This document shows, one piece after another, positions 16,790-27,058 of a stretch of DNA of 41,064 nt. Within the stretch, counting starts at the first letter, position 1. Each line of letters opens with the position of its first letter. The position numbers and the translations under genes were made by a program. The stretch comes from an uncultured Thiotrichales bacterium (GTDB lineage Bacteria > Pseudomonadota > Gammaproteobacteria > CAZUMV01). The notes under the pieces were generated by a model. That model worked only from the letters and a program-made list of their open reading frames with translations, had not been told where the DNA came from and did not search any database. The stretch is from assembly GCA_964621435.1 (NCBI GenBank), contig CAZUMV010000004.1, positions 1-41,064 of the forward strand. Reading direction: 5' to 3'.

Positions 16790-18454
16790 TTAGTGCTTAA
16801 TAATGTAAAGATTTTTGCTCAATATGTGATCCAAAATATTTGGCACATAACCGCCAACGTATGGCTTAACCATACGAGGTTGAACATAAGAATAAATCGG
16901 CATAACTGCATAGTCGGAGAGAAATATAGCTTCAGCCCGTTGCATGTAGTCACGACGTTTTGCCGGATCTCCTTCTGAGGCAATTTGCGCCAGTAACTTG
17001 TCATATTCAGGATTGCTGTAGCCAGGATCATTGATACCATGCTCGCTGTGCATCAACTCCAGAAAACTGAATGGATCGTTATAATCACCGATCCAACCGG
17101 CACGGAAAACTTGCGTAACCTGCTTTTGTTTACGATTTTCGAGAAAGACTTTCCATTCTTCATTCACCAGGTTCGCTTCCACCCCGAGCACTTGTTTCCA
17201 CATCGCGGCAATCGCGATCGCGACTTTTTTATGGTTTTCATGCGTGTTGTATCTAATCTCTATGCTTAAAGGATTATCGGCATCATAACCCGCTTGCTGA
17301 TAGAGTTGCTTTGCCAAAGCTTCTCGCTCATCTTTTGACATAGTCGCCTCGGGTGGGACTGCATTGGTATAATTATTCACCCCCACCGGCACCCAGGAAT
17401 AAAATGGAATTTGTCCGGCGCCAGTTACTTTACTGGTCAAAATCTCTCGATCTATAGCCATGGACAAAGCTTGGCGTAATGGCAAATTGTCCTTAAACGG
17501 CGGCTTGGTTAAATTGAATCCATAATAATAAATGCCTAAGTAAGGAGCGACCACAAATTCATCGTTTAGGTTTTCCCGAATCCATTTGAATGACTCGAAA
17601 GGGATATCATTGGTCATGTCCACTTCTCCGGCACGATAACGCTTGAGCGCAGTCGATTGGTCTTCAATCGGTAAAAAGCTCACTTTGTCCAGTTTGTTAT
17701 TCGCGTTATCCCAATAATGAGGATTTCGCTCCAGCGTCATATGTGACTGAATTACCCAGTCTGTTAGTTTAAATGCCCCATTACCAATTAGCTTACCCGG
17801 GCGAAAGACATTTTCACTACCGGGCGCTGCGAAACCTACCGGCATCGGGTACGTGCTTGCGTGGTTAAGCAGTCCCAAAAAATATGGAGTTGGTCCATTT
17901 AAAGTTATCTGCAAAGTGTAATCATCGAGCGCTACCACACCCAGACTGTCGACTGGCTTGGTACCCGCAACGACTTCTTCAGCGTTCAGAATTGGCGCAA
18001 GGATTTGAGAATACTTCGACGCAGTGGCCGGGTTTGCAGAGCGCTGTAGACCATAGGCAAAATCATGCGCCGTGACCGGATTACCGTCGGACCACTTACC
18101 GTTCTTCCTGATTTTAAATGTATATACCAAACCATCATCAGAAATTGTCCATGACTCAGCCCCGCCCGGAATAACATCACCATTTGGCGCTTCCAGGGTT
18201 AGACCTTCAAACAGATCGCGATGTACGTTCGATGACGGCACACCCTCTGCTGTGTGCGGATCCAGAGTTTGCACTTCGCCGTAATTGTCACGGCGCAAGT
18301 GCTGAACATCGTGTAACTCACCGGTATTTACCATGGTGGAATTTATCGGCGCGAGCATTACATTGGTATCCGGACCAGCTGACTTACTGCCGCTATCACA
18401 TGCAACCAGTGATAAAAATATGAGAAATGACAATCCTTTAGAAAATAACTTCAC
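16790..18454 (-). CDS. oppA: Oligopeptide ABC transporter substrate-binding protein, predicted lipoprotein
   Basis: SBP family 5 motifs TLDPH, DLFEGL, WSDGNPVTAHDF, NGAFKL and RAGWIGDYNDP. GTG start with SD AGGTG. Lipobox LVAC followed by Asp. Confidence 0.9.
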   Translation of the reverse strand: MKLFSKGLSFLIFLSLVACDSGSKSAGPDTNVMLAPINSTMVNTGELHDVQHLRRDNYGEVQTLDPHTAEGVPSSNVHRDLFEGLTLEAPNGDVIPGGAESWTISDDGLVYTFKIRKNGKWSDGNPVTAHDFAYGLQRSANPATASKYSQILAPILNAEEVVAGTKPVDSLGVVALDDYTLQITLNGPTPYFLGLLNHASTYPMPVGFAAPGSENVFRPGKLIGNGAFKLTDWVIQSHMTLERNPHYWDNANNKLDKVSFLPIEDQSTALKRYRAGEVDMTNDIPFESFKWIRENLNDEFVVAPYLGIYYYGFNLTKPPFKDNLPLRQALSMAIDREILTSKVTGAGQIPFYSWVPVGVNNYTNAVPPEATMSKDEREALAKQLYQQAGYDADNPLSIEIRYNTHENHKKVAIAIAAMWKQVLGVEANLVNEEWKVFLENRKQKQVTQVFRAGWIGDYNDPFSFLELMHSEHGINDPGYSNPEYDKLLAQIASEGDPAKRRDYMQRAEAIFLSDYAVMPIYSYVQPRMVKPYVGGYVPNILDHILSKNLYIIKH

Positions 18455-18498
18455 GTAATCACCTATGAAAAAATTGTGGTCTGAACCGTGCTAAACCT

Positions 18499-18514
18499 GG
18501 CGCGGATTATAGCA
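18499..18514 (-). promoter_or_regulatory. Putative extended -10 promoter of the opp operon with a GC-rich discriminator
   Basis: Minus strand reads TGcTATAATccgcgcc, about 45-60 nt upstream of the oppA start. Confidence 0.55.
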
Positions 18515-18555
18515 TCATCCGCTTTGCTTAAGGAGTTGAGAGCCGCTAGAAGCAA

Positions 18556-19323
18556 CTATCTTACGACACCACGCTTACTTTCTTTGACAAACTTCACTAA
18601 ACGAGAAACTTCTGAAAACTCTGCACTTAATTTCTTTAGATCTTCGCTAGCAGCATCCCGGTCTGTACTTTTAAACAATAGACGAAACGTCTTATGCAAT
18701 GCCTGAATTGTTTCGTCGCTAAATCCTCGACGCTTTAAGCCCTCTTTGTTAATACCGATAGCACGAGCCGGGTTTCCACCCACCAAAACATAAGGTGCTA
18801 AATCTCGATTCAGGGCAGCCGCCATACCGGCAAATCCGTGGACACCGACCCGACCAAATTGGTGTACCAGCGAAAAACCACCAAGAATCGCATGATCCCC
18901 AACTTCAACGTGCCCCGCAATCGACGCACAGTTGGCGAACACCACATTATCTCCAACCACACAGTCATGAGCTATATGCACATAAGCCATGTACAGCCCA
19001 TTGTTGCCAATAACCGTTTTACCAATACCTGTTTCCGTGCCGCGATTAATAGTGACAAATTCTCGAATGGTATTATCATTACCGATTATCAAACTGGTTT
19101 TTTCACCAGCATACTTCAAGTCCTGAGGATCAGCGCCGATAGACGCGAACTGAAAGATTTTATTGTTCTTTCCGATATTGCTCGGACCAGTGATAACAAC
19201 ATGGGGACCAATAACACAGCCCGAATCGATTTCGACATCAGGGCCAATTACCGTATACGCACCCACCTCGACATCATCGTGAATGGTCGCGCTCGCATCA
19301 ATAACTGCGGTCTTGTGAATCAT
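18556..19323 (-). CDS. lpxA: UDP-N-acetylglucosamine acyltransferase
   Basis: Hexapeptide repeats, [29 protein letters not shown]. Start taken at ATG 19323 (MIHKTA), which overlaps the fabZ stop as ATGA. Confidence 0.95.
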   Translation of the reverse strand: MIHKTAVIDASATIHDDVEVGAYTVIGPDVEIDSGCVIGPHVVITGPSNIGKNNKIFQFASIGADPQDLKYAGEKTSLIIGNDNTIREFVTINRGTETGIGKTVIGNNGLYMAYVHIAHDCVVGDNVVFANCASIAGHVEVGDHAILGGFSLVHQFGRVGVHGFAGMAAALNRDLAPYVLVGGNPARAIGINKEGLKRRGFSDETIQALHKTFRLLFKSTDRDAASEDLKKLSAEFSEVSRLVKFVKESKRGVVR

Positions 19324-19784
19324 GAAATTTTTTGTTCTGCACACATAATGTTGGCGCTCGCCGCGGCCTTGCCATCTACGGTTGCCCGAGCTTCTACCTT
19401 TAACATTCCGCGTCGGTACTGTTTCGGTTCAACCTCCAGAATTAACTGGTCTCCAGGAATAACCTGACGTCGAAATTTGGCATTGTCCACACCCGTGAAT
19501 AAATAAAGATATTCATTCGTGTCACCACGCTCTCGCAACGACTGAAAGGCATACAAACCTGTGGCCTGCGCCAGAGCTTCTAGTATTAGTACCCCCGGCA
19601 TAATCGGCTGATCGGGGAAATGCCCCTGGAAAAAGGGTTCGTTCACGGTGACATTCTTAAGCGCCACGAGTTTCTCATCCTTCTGATATTCTAAAATGCG
19701 ATCAACCAATAACATCGGGTATCGATGAGGCAAAAGCTCCAAAATCTTTTTAATATCTTTAGCATTCAAATCTGTTTCTGACAT
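19320..19784 (-). CDS. fabZ: 3-hydroxyacyl-ACP dehydratase
   Basis: [33 protein letters not shown]; located between lpxD and lpxA. Confidence 0.96.
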   Translation of the reverse strand: MSETDLNAKDIKKILELLPHRYPMLLVDRILEYQKDEKLVALKNVTVNEPFFQGHFPDQPIMPGVLILEALAQATGLYAFQSLRERGDTNEYLYLFTGVDNAKFRRQVIPGDQLILEVEPKQYRRGMLKVEARATVDGKAAASANIMCAEQKIS

Positions 19785-20788
19785 TACTTGTTTTCCAATT
19801 CTTTGACGCGCTTAAAAAGTTCATTTAAGCGCCGCAAGCGTACCGCGTTTTTACGCCATTCTCCAGTCTCCTGAACCGCAATGCCTGAAGAATACATGCC
19901 TTTCTTTAGTGAGCGCGTCACCATACTTGCACCCGTAATGATCGAACCATCAGCAATTTCAAGATGCCCGGCTACTCCAACCTGACCCGCTATATTACAA
20001 TATGCGCCAATCACGGCACTACCGGAAATTCCGACCCCGGCGGCAATAGCGGTGTGCTTACCAATCTTGACGTTGTGGCCTATTTGAATTTGGTTGTCTA
20101 ATTTAACCCCGTCGCCAATCACGGTATCATCAATTGCCCCTCTGTCGATCGACGTGCATGCACCAATTTCAACATCATTCCCTATTACCACGCTACCGAC
20201 TTGCGGGATTTTTTCCCAGGCGCCGCTATCGTTGGCAAAACCAAAGCCATCTGCGCCAATAACGGCACCCGAATGAATAAGCACTCGCTCACCAATGACC
20301 ACTTCATCCAGCACTGTTGCGTTTGGCTCTATCACCGAGTCTGAACCAACAGAAACATTGTCGCCTATGTAAGCGCTAGCACACACCTCAACACCTTTGG
20401 CAATCGTTACATTATTTCCGATAACGGCATTTGCACCAACATGGCAATCAGCAGCCAGTTTAACACCTTCACCAATTACCGCGGATGCGTGAACGCCGGG
20501 TGCTTGCTTTACCCGCGGGTTAAAAAACTGCACGGTCCGAGCATAACTTAAATATGGATTCTCACTAATAATCACAGGAATATCAGGCGCGTCCTCTACA
20601 TGACCCGCATGCAATATTACAACGGCGGCCGCGGTACTTTTAAGTTGCTTGAGGTATTTAGCGCTGCTTAGAAATGAAATGGAATTTGAATCCGAATTAG
20701 TTAGCGATCCGACTCGCGTCACAGACACATTTCCATCACCTTGAAATTCAAGACCAAGATACTCGGATATCTCAGCGACTGTTTTCAC
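19784..20788 (-). CDS. lpxD: UDP-3-O-acylglucosamine N-acyltransferase
   Basis: [41 protein letters not shown]. Confidence 0.96.
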   Translation of the reverse strand: MKTVAEISEYLGLEFQGDGNVSVTRVGSLTNSDSNSISFLSSAKYLKQLKSTAAAVVILHAGHVEDAPDIPVIISENPYLSYARTVQFFNPRVKQAPGVHASAVIGEGVKLAADCHVGANAVIGNNVTIAKGVEVCASAYIGDNVSVGSDSVIEPNATVLDEVVIGERVLIHSGAVIGADGFGFANDSGAWEKIPQVGSVVIGNDVEIGACTSIDRGAIDDTVIGDGVKLDNQIQIGHNVKIGKHTAIAAGVGISGSAVIGAYCNIAGQVGVAGHLEIADGSIITGASMVTRSLKKGMYSSGIAVQETGEWRKNAVRLRRLNELFKRVKELENK

Positions 20789-21285
20789 TGCGGGCTTAAC
20801 GTTTTAAGACGCTCTAACACCAGACCGGTTATATCCACACGCTCGCTCGCATACAAGACACTTTCACTCACGATCAAGTCGTAATTATCGCGTTCCGCTA
20901 CTTCGACTATCGCTTTATAAACATCTTCCTGAATACTCTTTAATGCTTCATTTCTGGCCAAACTAAAGTCTTCCGTAAACACATCGGAATCTCGCTGCAG
21001 CGCTCTTTTTCGCTCTCTGATCTTGAGCTCCAGGGTTTCTGTTTCGGCACGGCTCAAGCTAATGGTATCGGTATCTTCCAGGTCCCTGATTTCTTCACGT
21101 ACCGAGAGTATCTCTTTTTCGCGCTCTGAAAAACTCGCTTTCAACTTATCGGTCGCGACCCTCGCTTGCGGTGCTTCTTGCATTAGCGTTGAAATATTGA
21201 CTGCACCAATTTTTGTTTCAGCGAATAGCTGCGCCGAAAAACCAAACAGTAAAATACCTACCGAGAGAAACAGTCTAGCGGTCAT
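20785..21285 (-). CDS. skp: Periplasmic OMP chaperone Skp/OmpH
   Basis: Signal peptide, KIGAVN, coiled-coil body, YDLIV...LYA...DIT; located between bamA and lpxD. Start taken at ATG 21285. Confidence 0.88.
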   Translation of the reverse strand: MTARLFLSVGILLFGFSAQLFAETKIGAVNISTLMQEAPQARVATDKLKASFSEREKEILSVREEIRDLEDTDTISLSRAETETLELKIRERKRALQRDSDVFTEDFSLARNEALKSIQEDVYKAIVEVAERDNYDLIVSESVLYASERVDITGLVLERLKTLSPQ

Positions 21286-21286
21286 A

Positions 21287-23626
21287 CTAGAACGACACAC
21301 CTACATTAAACTGAAAGTTTTCACGCCGATCAAGCGGCCCGGTGTTAAACGGTCGGGCAAAACTAAATGTTAACGGCGCCACCGGCGATAGCCAGCGCAT
21401 TGAAATACCATAGGAGCCGCGCAACTGGTCCGATTCAAAAGTACTGGCATCTTTATAAACTTGCCCCAAGTCTACAAAAAACCCGGTTCGTATCGACCTG
21501 TTATCGCTCGCGAATGGCGTTGGGAAGAACAACTCATTGGTAAATTGGACACTGAGATTGCCGCCAATCGGGTCAAAGTCATTATTGTTAAGCTGGGCAG
21601 GATTCGTCGCCGTCGAACTTCCGCGCAATACCAAAGGACCGAGACTATTAGTCTCGAAACCGCGCAAACTCCTGATTCCACCCAAATAAAATTTCTCGAA
21701 AAACGGCACATCGGAAGTATCACCGAAAGCTTCACCATAAGAAATATCGGTTTTAAAAGCATAGACAAATCGCGAGTTGAAAAGCGGCACAAACAAACTA
21801 TTTTGATAAGTGAATTTCCAAAATTCCAAATCACTTCCCGGTGCTGCAAGCTGAAAACTAAACACATTTTGCATACCCCGGTCCGGAAAAATTGTACGGT
21901 TACGAGTGTCGTGCGAGTAAGCAACATTCAAAACAAACTGATCATAGGTCTCGCCATTGGCGTCCAGAAATGTCGTGATTTCAGTAGGCGTGAAAACCGA
22001 GCGAGTAATGTCCGTATGCTCATAACCTGCCGACGCACGCAAAAAACTGTATTCTGACAAAGGTACGCCATAACTCACCGAAAACCCGTAGCGATCTGCC
22101 AGATACTCGGCCAGGAAGTTCTGACCCGCGTTGGTTTTACGGAAGAAACCACTGAAACCGCGACTTACACCATCAACTGTGTAATAAGGGTTGGTGTAAG
22201 AAACGCTATAAACCTCATTAAAGCGCGAATTATTAAATTGAAACGCGACGCTATTTCCAGTGCCAAGGAAATTGTCTTCCTGTACTCCAAGCCCAAGAAT
22301 GAAACCACTATCGCCGGAGTAACCAGCAGTGGCGGTAAAGTTGCCAGCCAAGCGCTCTTTAACTTCTACCTCTACATCGATTTGATCATCTTCACCTGGT
22401 ACTGGTGTCGTTTCTATTTCAACACCTTCGATAAACGGCAATCGCTCGATTCTGATTTTCGATCGATCTACATTGGGCTTTGAATACCACGCGCCTTCCA
22501 TTTGTCGCATCTCGCGTCTGAATACTTCGTCATGGGTTTTATAGTTACCGCGAAAATTAACCCGACGCACGTACACGCGCTTACCCGGATTAATCGAAAA
22601 CGTCAGGTCAACTTCATTGGCTTCCTCATCCACGACCGGATTAATATCGACTTCGGCGAAAGCATAGCCTCGAGAGCCTAGAATATTTTTGATGCCATCT
22701 ACGCTTGCAACAACTGCGGCGCGCGAGAAAACTTTATCTTCATGGTGGCTCACCGCACTCAGCATTTGCTCTTCAGTGAATATCAAGTCACCGTCGACAT
22801 TCACACTGCGAACTAGAAACTGTTCGCCTTCGTCAATATTTAACGTGACATAGATATCCTTTTTATCAGGAGTTATCGTGACCTGTGAGCTGTTTAGCGT
22901 GTAGTTTAGATAGCCACTGTCAAGATAATGTGAGTCGAGAGTCTCTAAATCGCCTTGCAGCTTCACTTGCGAATACTGATCTTTACCACTAAAGAACTTC
23001 CACCACGGTGGCGTACCCGTTTCAAATTCTTTCAACAACTCTTTTTCTGAATAAGTTTCATTGCCGATAATGTTGATGTTTTTGATCTTGGCGTTTTCGC
23101 CTTCCTTAATATCGATAGCAATAGCAACACGATTGTCTTGCTGCATCGTGGTGTCGGTGTTGATGGCCACGTTATATTTCCCGCGTGAAAGATACTGATC
23201 TTGCAATTCACGCTCCAGGCTCTCTACCACCGAACGGTTGTATACCTGACCTTTGGCAATACCGGAACTTCGTAACGCTTCGCTGAGATCTTTTGATTCA
23301 ATAGCCTTATTGCCATCAAAGGTTATACTGGAAATCGCTGAACGTTCTCTGACCCGCACCACCAAGGCCGAACCATCGGTACCAATATCGATAGTCTCGA
23401 AAAAATCACTTTGATACAAACTACGAATCAGCTGGGTTGCGCGCGCCGGGTAAAACGAATCACCAACGTCGATCGGCAAATAGGTGTATACGGTGCCCTC
23501 TGAAATTCTATCCAGGCCTTCTACACGAATATCTGAAATAACAAACTCGCTGCTTTCTGCAAAAGCCAAGTTCGCCGTCATACCGCTGATTGTCGCCGCC
23601 AATAAAACCGACTTATAAGTTTTCAT
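21287..23626 (-). CDS. bamA: Outer membrane protein assembly factor
   Basis: POTRA repeats (IRVEGLDRI, RREMRQMEG), NFLGTG, YTNPYYTVDGVS, loop-6 LRGF, C-terminal FQFNVGVSF. Confidence 0.96.
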   Translation of the reverse strand: MKTYKSVLLAATISGMTANLAFAESSEFVISDIRVEGLDRISEGTVYTYLPIDVGDSFYPARATQLIRSLYQSDFFETIDIGTDGSALVVRVRERSAISSITFDGNKAIESKDLSEALRSSGIAKGQVYNRSVVESLERELQDQYLSRGKYNVAINTDTTMQQDNRVAIAIDIKEGENAKIKNINIIGNETYSEKELLKEFETGTPPWWKFFSGKDQYSQVKLQGDLETLDSHYLDSGYLNYTLNSSQVTITPDKKDIYVTLNIDEGEQFLVRSVNVDGDLIFTEEQMLSAVSHHEDKVFSRAAVVASVDGIKNILGSRGYAFAEVDINPVVDEEANEVDLTFSINPGKRVYVRRVNFRGNYKTHDEVFRREMRQMEGAWYSKPNVDRSKIRIERLPFIEGVEIETTPVPGEDDQIDVEVEVKERLAGNFTATAGYSGDSGFILGLGVQEDNFLGTGNSVAFQFNNSRFNEVYSVSYTNPYYTVDGVSRGFSGFFRKTNAGQNFLAEYLADRYGFSVSYGVPLSEYSFLRASAGYEHTDITRSVFTPTEITTFLDANGETYDQFVLNVAYSHDTRNRTIFPDRGMQNVFSFQLAAPGSDLEFWKFTYQNSLFVPLFNSRFVYAFKTDISYGEAFGDTSDVPFFEKFYLGGIRSLRGFETNSLGPLVLRGSSTATNPAQLNNNDFDPIGGNLSVQFTNELFFPTPFASDNRSIRTGFFVDLGQVYKDASTFESDQLRGSYGISMRWLSPVAPLTFSFARPFNTGPLDRRENFQFNVGVSF

Positions 23627-24996
23627 CGAAATACGATCCTAGTAATATCATTGTAAAAAGCCAGAAACATTAAAGCTCCAAGCATGGCCAAACCTAATCT
23701 CTGACCAACTGCCTCAACTGCGGCTGACACAGGACTACCCTTGACGATTTCTATCATGTAGAAAAACAGGTGCCCGCCGTCTAAAACCGGTATTGGCAGT
23801 AGGTTTATTATACCCAAACTGAGACTAATCAGTGCTAAAAAACTCAGAAAAGTGGGTAAACCAATGGCCGCTGATTCGCCCGCGAATTCCGCGATTGACA
23901 GAGGCCCGCTAATATTCTTTGGTGATGCCTGCCCGACAACCAGTTTACCCATGAACCGTAACGTTAATACAGTATAGCGCCAGGTATTCTGTGCACCCTT
24001 CTTTAAGGAGCTAAATAAGCCAAATTTTTCTTTTACGCGCATGGGCGCAAGTGCCAGCGTGTAAGCCTTTTCATCAACTAACGGGCCGGCTCCGATTCTG
24101 CCCGCCAGCTTACCGCCCTGCGCAACCGAACCTAATGAAACATTAAACATTTCCCTATTCCCATTCCGCTCAACCTCTACTGCGACCGTCTGATCCGGTC
24201 TGGCAACAACAAGCTCGACTAAGCCACGCCATCGATCGATCGCTATACCGTCGATACTCAGGACCCGGTCACCTCTCGCCAAGCCCGCTGCTGCGGCTGC
24301 CCCCTGCGGCAATATCTCACCCAGGGTAGGCTCGAGTACCGGCCGCCACGGTTGTATGCCCAGATATTGCAAAACATTTTGATCGCCTAAAACTCTACGG
24401 GAATCACTCAGGTCAACCTGGCGTAATTTTTCTTCACCAGTGGCGGAACGCGTTCCTAGCGCAACAACACCGGCTTCCAGCGCTTGCTCGATAATTGCAA
24501 TTCCTGCAGTTTCCCAACTAACCACCTGTCGACCATTTACGGAGGTAATTTCATCCAACTCTTGAAAGCCGACTTGTTCCGCGATTGAATCTTTCGCAAC
24601 CTGACCGATCACTGGCTTTAAACCATCAATTCCAATCGCGTACATACAGGAGAAAGCTAAAACAGCAAATATGAAATTCGCAATTGGTCCGGCCGCAACA
24701 ATTGCAATACGCTTCCATACGCTTTGCCGGTTGAAAGCGAACGGCAAGTCTTCGTTGGCGACATTACCTTCGCGTTCATCGGCCATCTTGACGTAGCCTC
24801 CCAGTGGAATTGCGGCCACCTGGTACTCGGTTCCGTCTACGGGTGAAACTTTTCTCCACAACGGCTTACCGAAGCCCACTGAAAAACGTAAAACTTTAAC
24901 GCCTAACTTACGCGCCACCCAAAAGTGCCCAAATTCATGGATTGCAACCAAGATTGATATAGCAATTACGAAAAACAGCAACTTCTGTAGCAACAT
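23623..24996 (-). CDS. rseP: RIP metalloprotease RseP
   Basis: HEFGHF, FSVGFG, PLGGYVKM, two PDZ-like regions, NLLPIPVLDGGH. Confidence 0.95.
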   Translation of the reverse strand: MLLQKLLFFVIAISILVAIHEFGHFWVARKLGVKVLRFSVGFGKPLWRKVSPVDGTEYQVAAIPLGGYVKMADEREGNVANEDLPFAFNRQSVWKRIAIVAAGPIANFIFAVLAFSCMYAIGIDGLKPVIGQVAKDSIAEQVGFQELDEITSVNGRQVVSWETAGIAIIEQALEAGVVALGTRSATGEEKLRQVDLSDSRRVLGDQNVLQYLGIQPWRPVLEPTLGEILPQGAAAAAGLARGDRVLSIDGIAIDRWRGLVELVVARPDQTVAVEVERNGNREMFNVSLGSVAQGGKLAGRIGAGPLVDEKAYTLALAPMRVKEKFGLFSSLKKGAQNTWRYTVLTLRFMGKLVVGQASPKNISGPLSIAEFAGESAAIGLPTFLSFLALISLSLGIINLLPIPVLDGGHLFFYMIEIVKGSPVSAAVEAVGQRLGLAMLGALMFLAFYNDITRIVFR

Positions 24997-25011
24997 ACAG
25001 TTATCCTATTA

Positions 25012-26238
25012 TTACAACGCCTTACCTTCACGGTAGGATGCACTGAAATTATCCTGATTTATGAGTTCTCGCGCAAAATTTCGTGCTTTACTGTCGACCT
25101 TTAATATCGCCTCAAGTTCATTATTTTCGCCATCAATATTGGCATTCAGAGTCGCTTCGACGACCCGACAGATATCAGTAAAACGGATTCGACTCTTTAG
25201 AAACGCAGCGACAGCCAATTCGTTGGCCGCATTTAGCACAATAGCCGCAACGCCACCGGCATTAAAAGCCTGCCGTGCCAGCCGCAACGCCGGAAACCGG
25301 ACTTCATCCGGCTCCTCAAAATCCAGTGCCCCGACATCACTGAAGTCGAGCGGTGCTACACCTGAATCGACCCTTTCTGGCCAGGCCATAGCATGTGCAA
25401 TCGGCGTCCGCATATCCGGATTACCCATTTGTGCCAACACTGAACCATCTTTATACGAGACCATCGAGTGCACAATACTCTGCGGATGAACGACAATTTG
25501 AACTTGCTCCGAAGAAACATTAAAGAGCCAACAAGCTTCTATAAACTCGAGCCCCTTGTTCATCATAGTCGCCGAATCGACGCTAATTTTCTGACCCATA
25601 TCCCAGTTTGGGTGGGCACAAGCCTGGGCCGGCGTAACCGCATCCAATTCAGCGATTGGCACCGTCCTAAAAGGACCGCCTGAACCGGTCAAAAGAATCT
25701 TGTTGATGGCGTCAAGTTTCACCCGAGGCGCGCTGCCGGAAGCGACGGGCAAACACTGGAATATAGCGTTATGCTCACTATCGACTGGCAATAATTCGGC
25801 GCCGTGCTCTGTAACTGCGTCCATAAACATGTGACCGGACATTACCAACGATTCTTTGTTCGCCAACAATACTCTCTTGCCGGCTTGCGCTGCTGCCAGT
25901 GTCGACGGCAAACCTGCGGCACCAACAATACCTGCCATAACCTGGTCAACTTCATCATCCCCCGCAATCTGCACTAGCGCAGCAGGACCGGTTAAGACTT
26001 TCGTCGGAATTTTCTCGGCCCTCAAGGCCGCCGAAAAGTCCGACCCGAGATTTTGCTCAGCGACTACCGCGTAGCGCGGTGAAAACTCCCGGCATTGCTG
26101 CAGCAGACGCTCGACATTTCGATAACAACTCAAGGCATACACCGAAAAAGACGCGGGGTTTTCACGAATTACCTGTAGCGTACTTACACCGATTGAACCG
26201 GTCGAACCGAGCACACTGACTTTTTGAATATTTGACAT
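25012..26238 (-). CDS. dxr: 1-deoxy-D-xylulose 5-phosphate reductoisomerase
   Basis: GSTGSIG, LANKESLV, PVDSEHNA, GSGGPFR, HPNWDMGQKISVDSATMMNKGLE. Start taken at ATG 26238 to avoid overlap with cdsA. Confidence 0.96.
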   Translation of the reverse strand: MSNIQKVSVLGSTGSIGVSTLQVIRENPASFSVYALSCYRNVERLLQQCREFSPRYAVVAEQNLGSDFSAALRAEKIPTKVLTGPAALVQIAGDDEVDQVMAGIVGAAGLPSTLAAAQAGKRVLLANKESLVMSGHMFMDAVTEHGAELLPVDSEHNAIFQCLPVASGSAPRVKLDAINKILLTGSGGPFRTVPIAELDAVTPAQACAHPNWDMGQKISVDSATMMNKGLEFIEACWLFNVSSEQVQIVVHPQSIVHSMVSYKDGSVLAQMGNPDMRTPIAHAMAWPERVDSGVAPLDFSDVGALDFEEPDEVRFPALRLARQAFNAGGVAAIVLNAANELAVAAFLKSRIRFTDICRVVEATLNANIDGENNELEAILKVDSKARNFARELINQDNFSASYREGKAL

Positions 26239-26248
26239 GGTAAGGCCG

Positions 26249-27058
26249 TTATAAAACCCAGCCAAGACTCACAAAAAACCACGGTAATACGGCTATGTGG
26301 CTATCCAGACGATCTAAAAAACCACCATGTCCAGGCAAGATATTGCCACTATCTTTTACGCCTGACTCGCGCTTTAGCATACTGAAGAACAGGTCTCCCA
26401 CTACCGATATCACACTCATCACAACACTTAATAATATAAGACCAAGCGCTTGTTGCCATGACAATGAGATAAAAAACGTGGCAAAAACTGCCAATACACA
26501 TGCTGCAGCCATCCCGCCTAATACTCCTTCTATCGTTTTACCAGGGCTCAAATACGGGGACAGCTTATGCTTGCCAAAAGATTTACCGGCAAAGTAGGCG
26601 CCAATGTCAGCAAAAGCGGTCAGTGCTAACACATACAGCAACCAAACAGGCGACCTTTGATGCAAGCCGACGATCGCTAGCAAAGCAGCACTGAGGATAA
26701 CCGGACCAAGCAAAGCGAATAACATTTGCTGGCGCGGTTCGGCACCCTCTGCACGCGGCCGATAACGATACAAAACAAAGAAAATTGATGCCCAGATAAA
26801 CCAGGCCGTAAGCAATAAAAACTTGCTAACCACAGTGAATTTTAACAGCCAGACCAGCAAAAATGCGAGGCAAACCATCAACACATAAAGGCCCCGCAAC
26901 ATCAGTGATTTTTGTGAGGTCAGCAAACTCCATTCCCAGGCTGCCACCGCAAAAACCACAGCAAAGAAAAACACCAGCCACGAAGTTGGCAATAAAAAGA
27001 CACCGACAATAGTTATTGCTGCTAACGTCAGTCCGGTAATGATTCGCTGCTTAAGCAT
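26249..27058 (-). CDS. cdsA: Phosphatidate cytidylyltransferase
   Basis: MLKQRIIT, DIGAYFAG, SPGKTIEG, KRESGVKDSGNILPGHGGFLDRLDS. Confidence 0.95.
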   Translation of the reverse strand: MLKQRIITGLTLAAITIVGVFLLPTSWLVFFFAVVFAVAAWEWSLLTSQKSLMLRGLYVLMVCLAFLLVWLLKFTVVSKFLLLTAWFIWASIFFVLYRYRPRAEGAEPRQQMLFALLGPVILSAALLAIVGLHQRSPVWLLYVLALTAFADIGAYFAGKSFGKHKLSPYLSPGKTIEGVLGGMAAACVLAVFATFFISLSWQQALGLILLSVVMSVISVVGDLFFSMLKRESGVKDSGNILPGHGGFLDRLDSHIAVLPWFFVSLGWVL

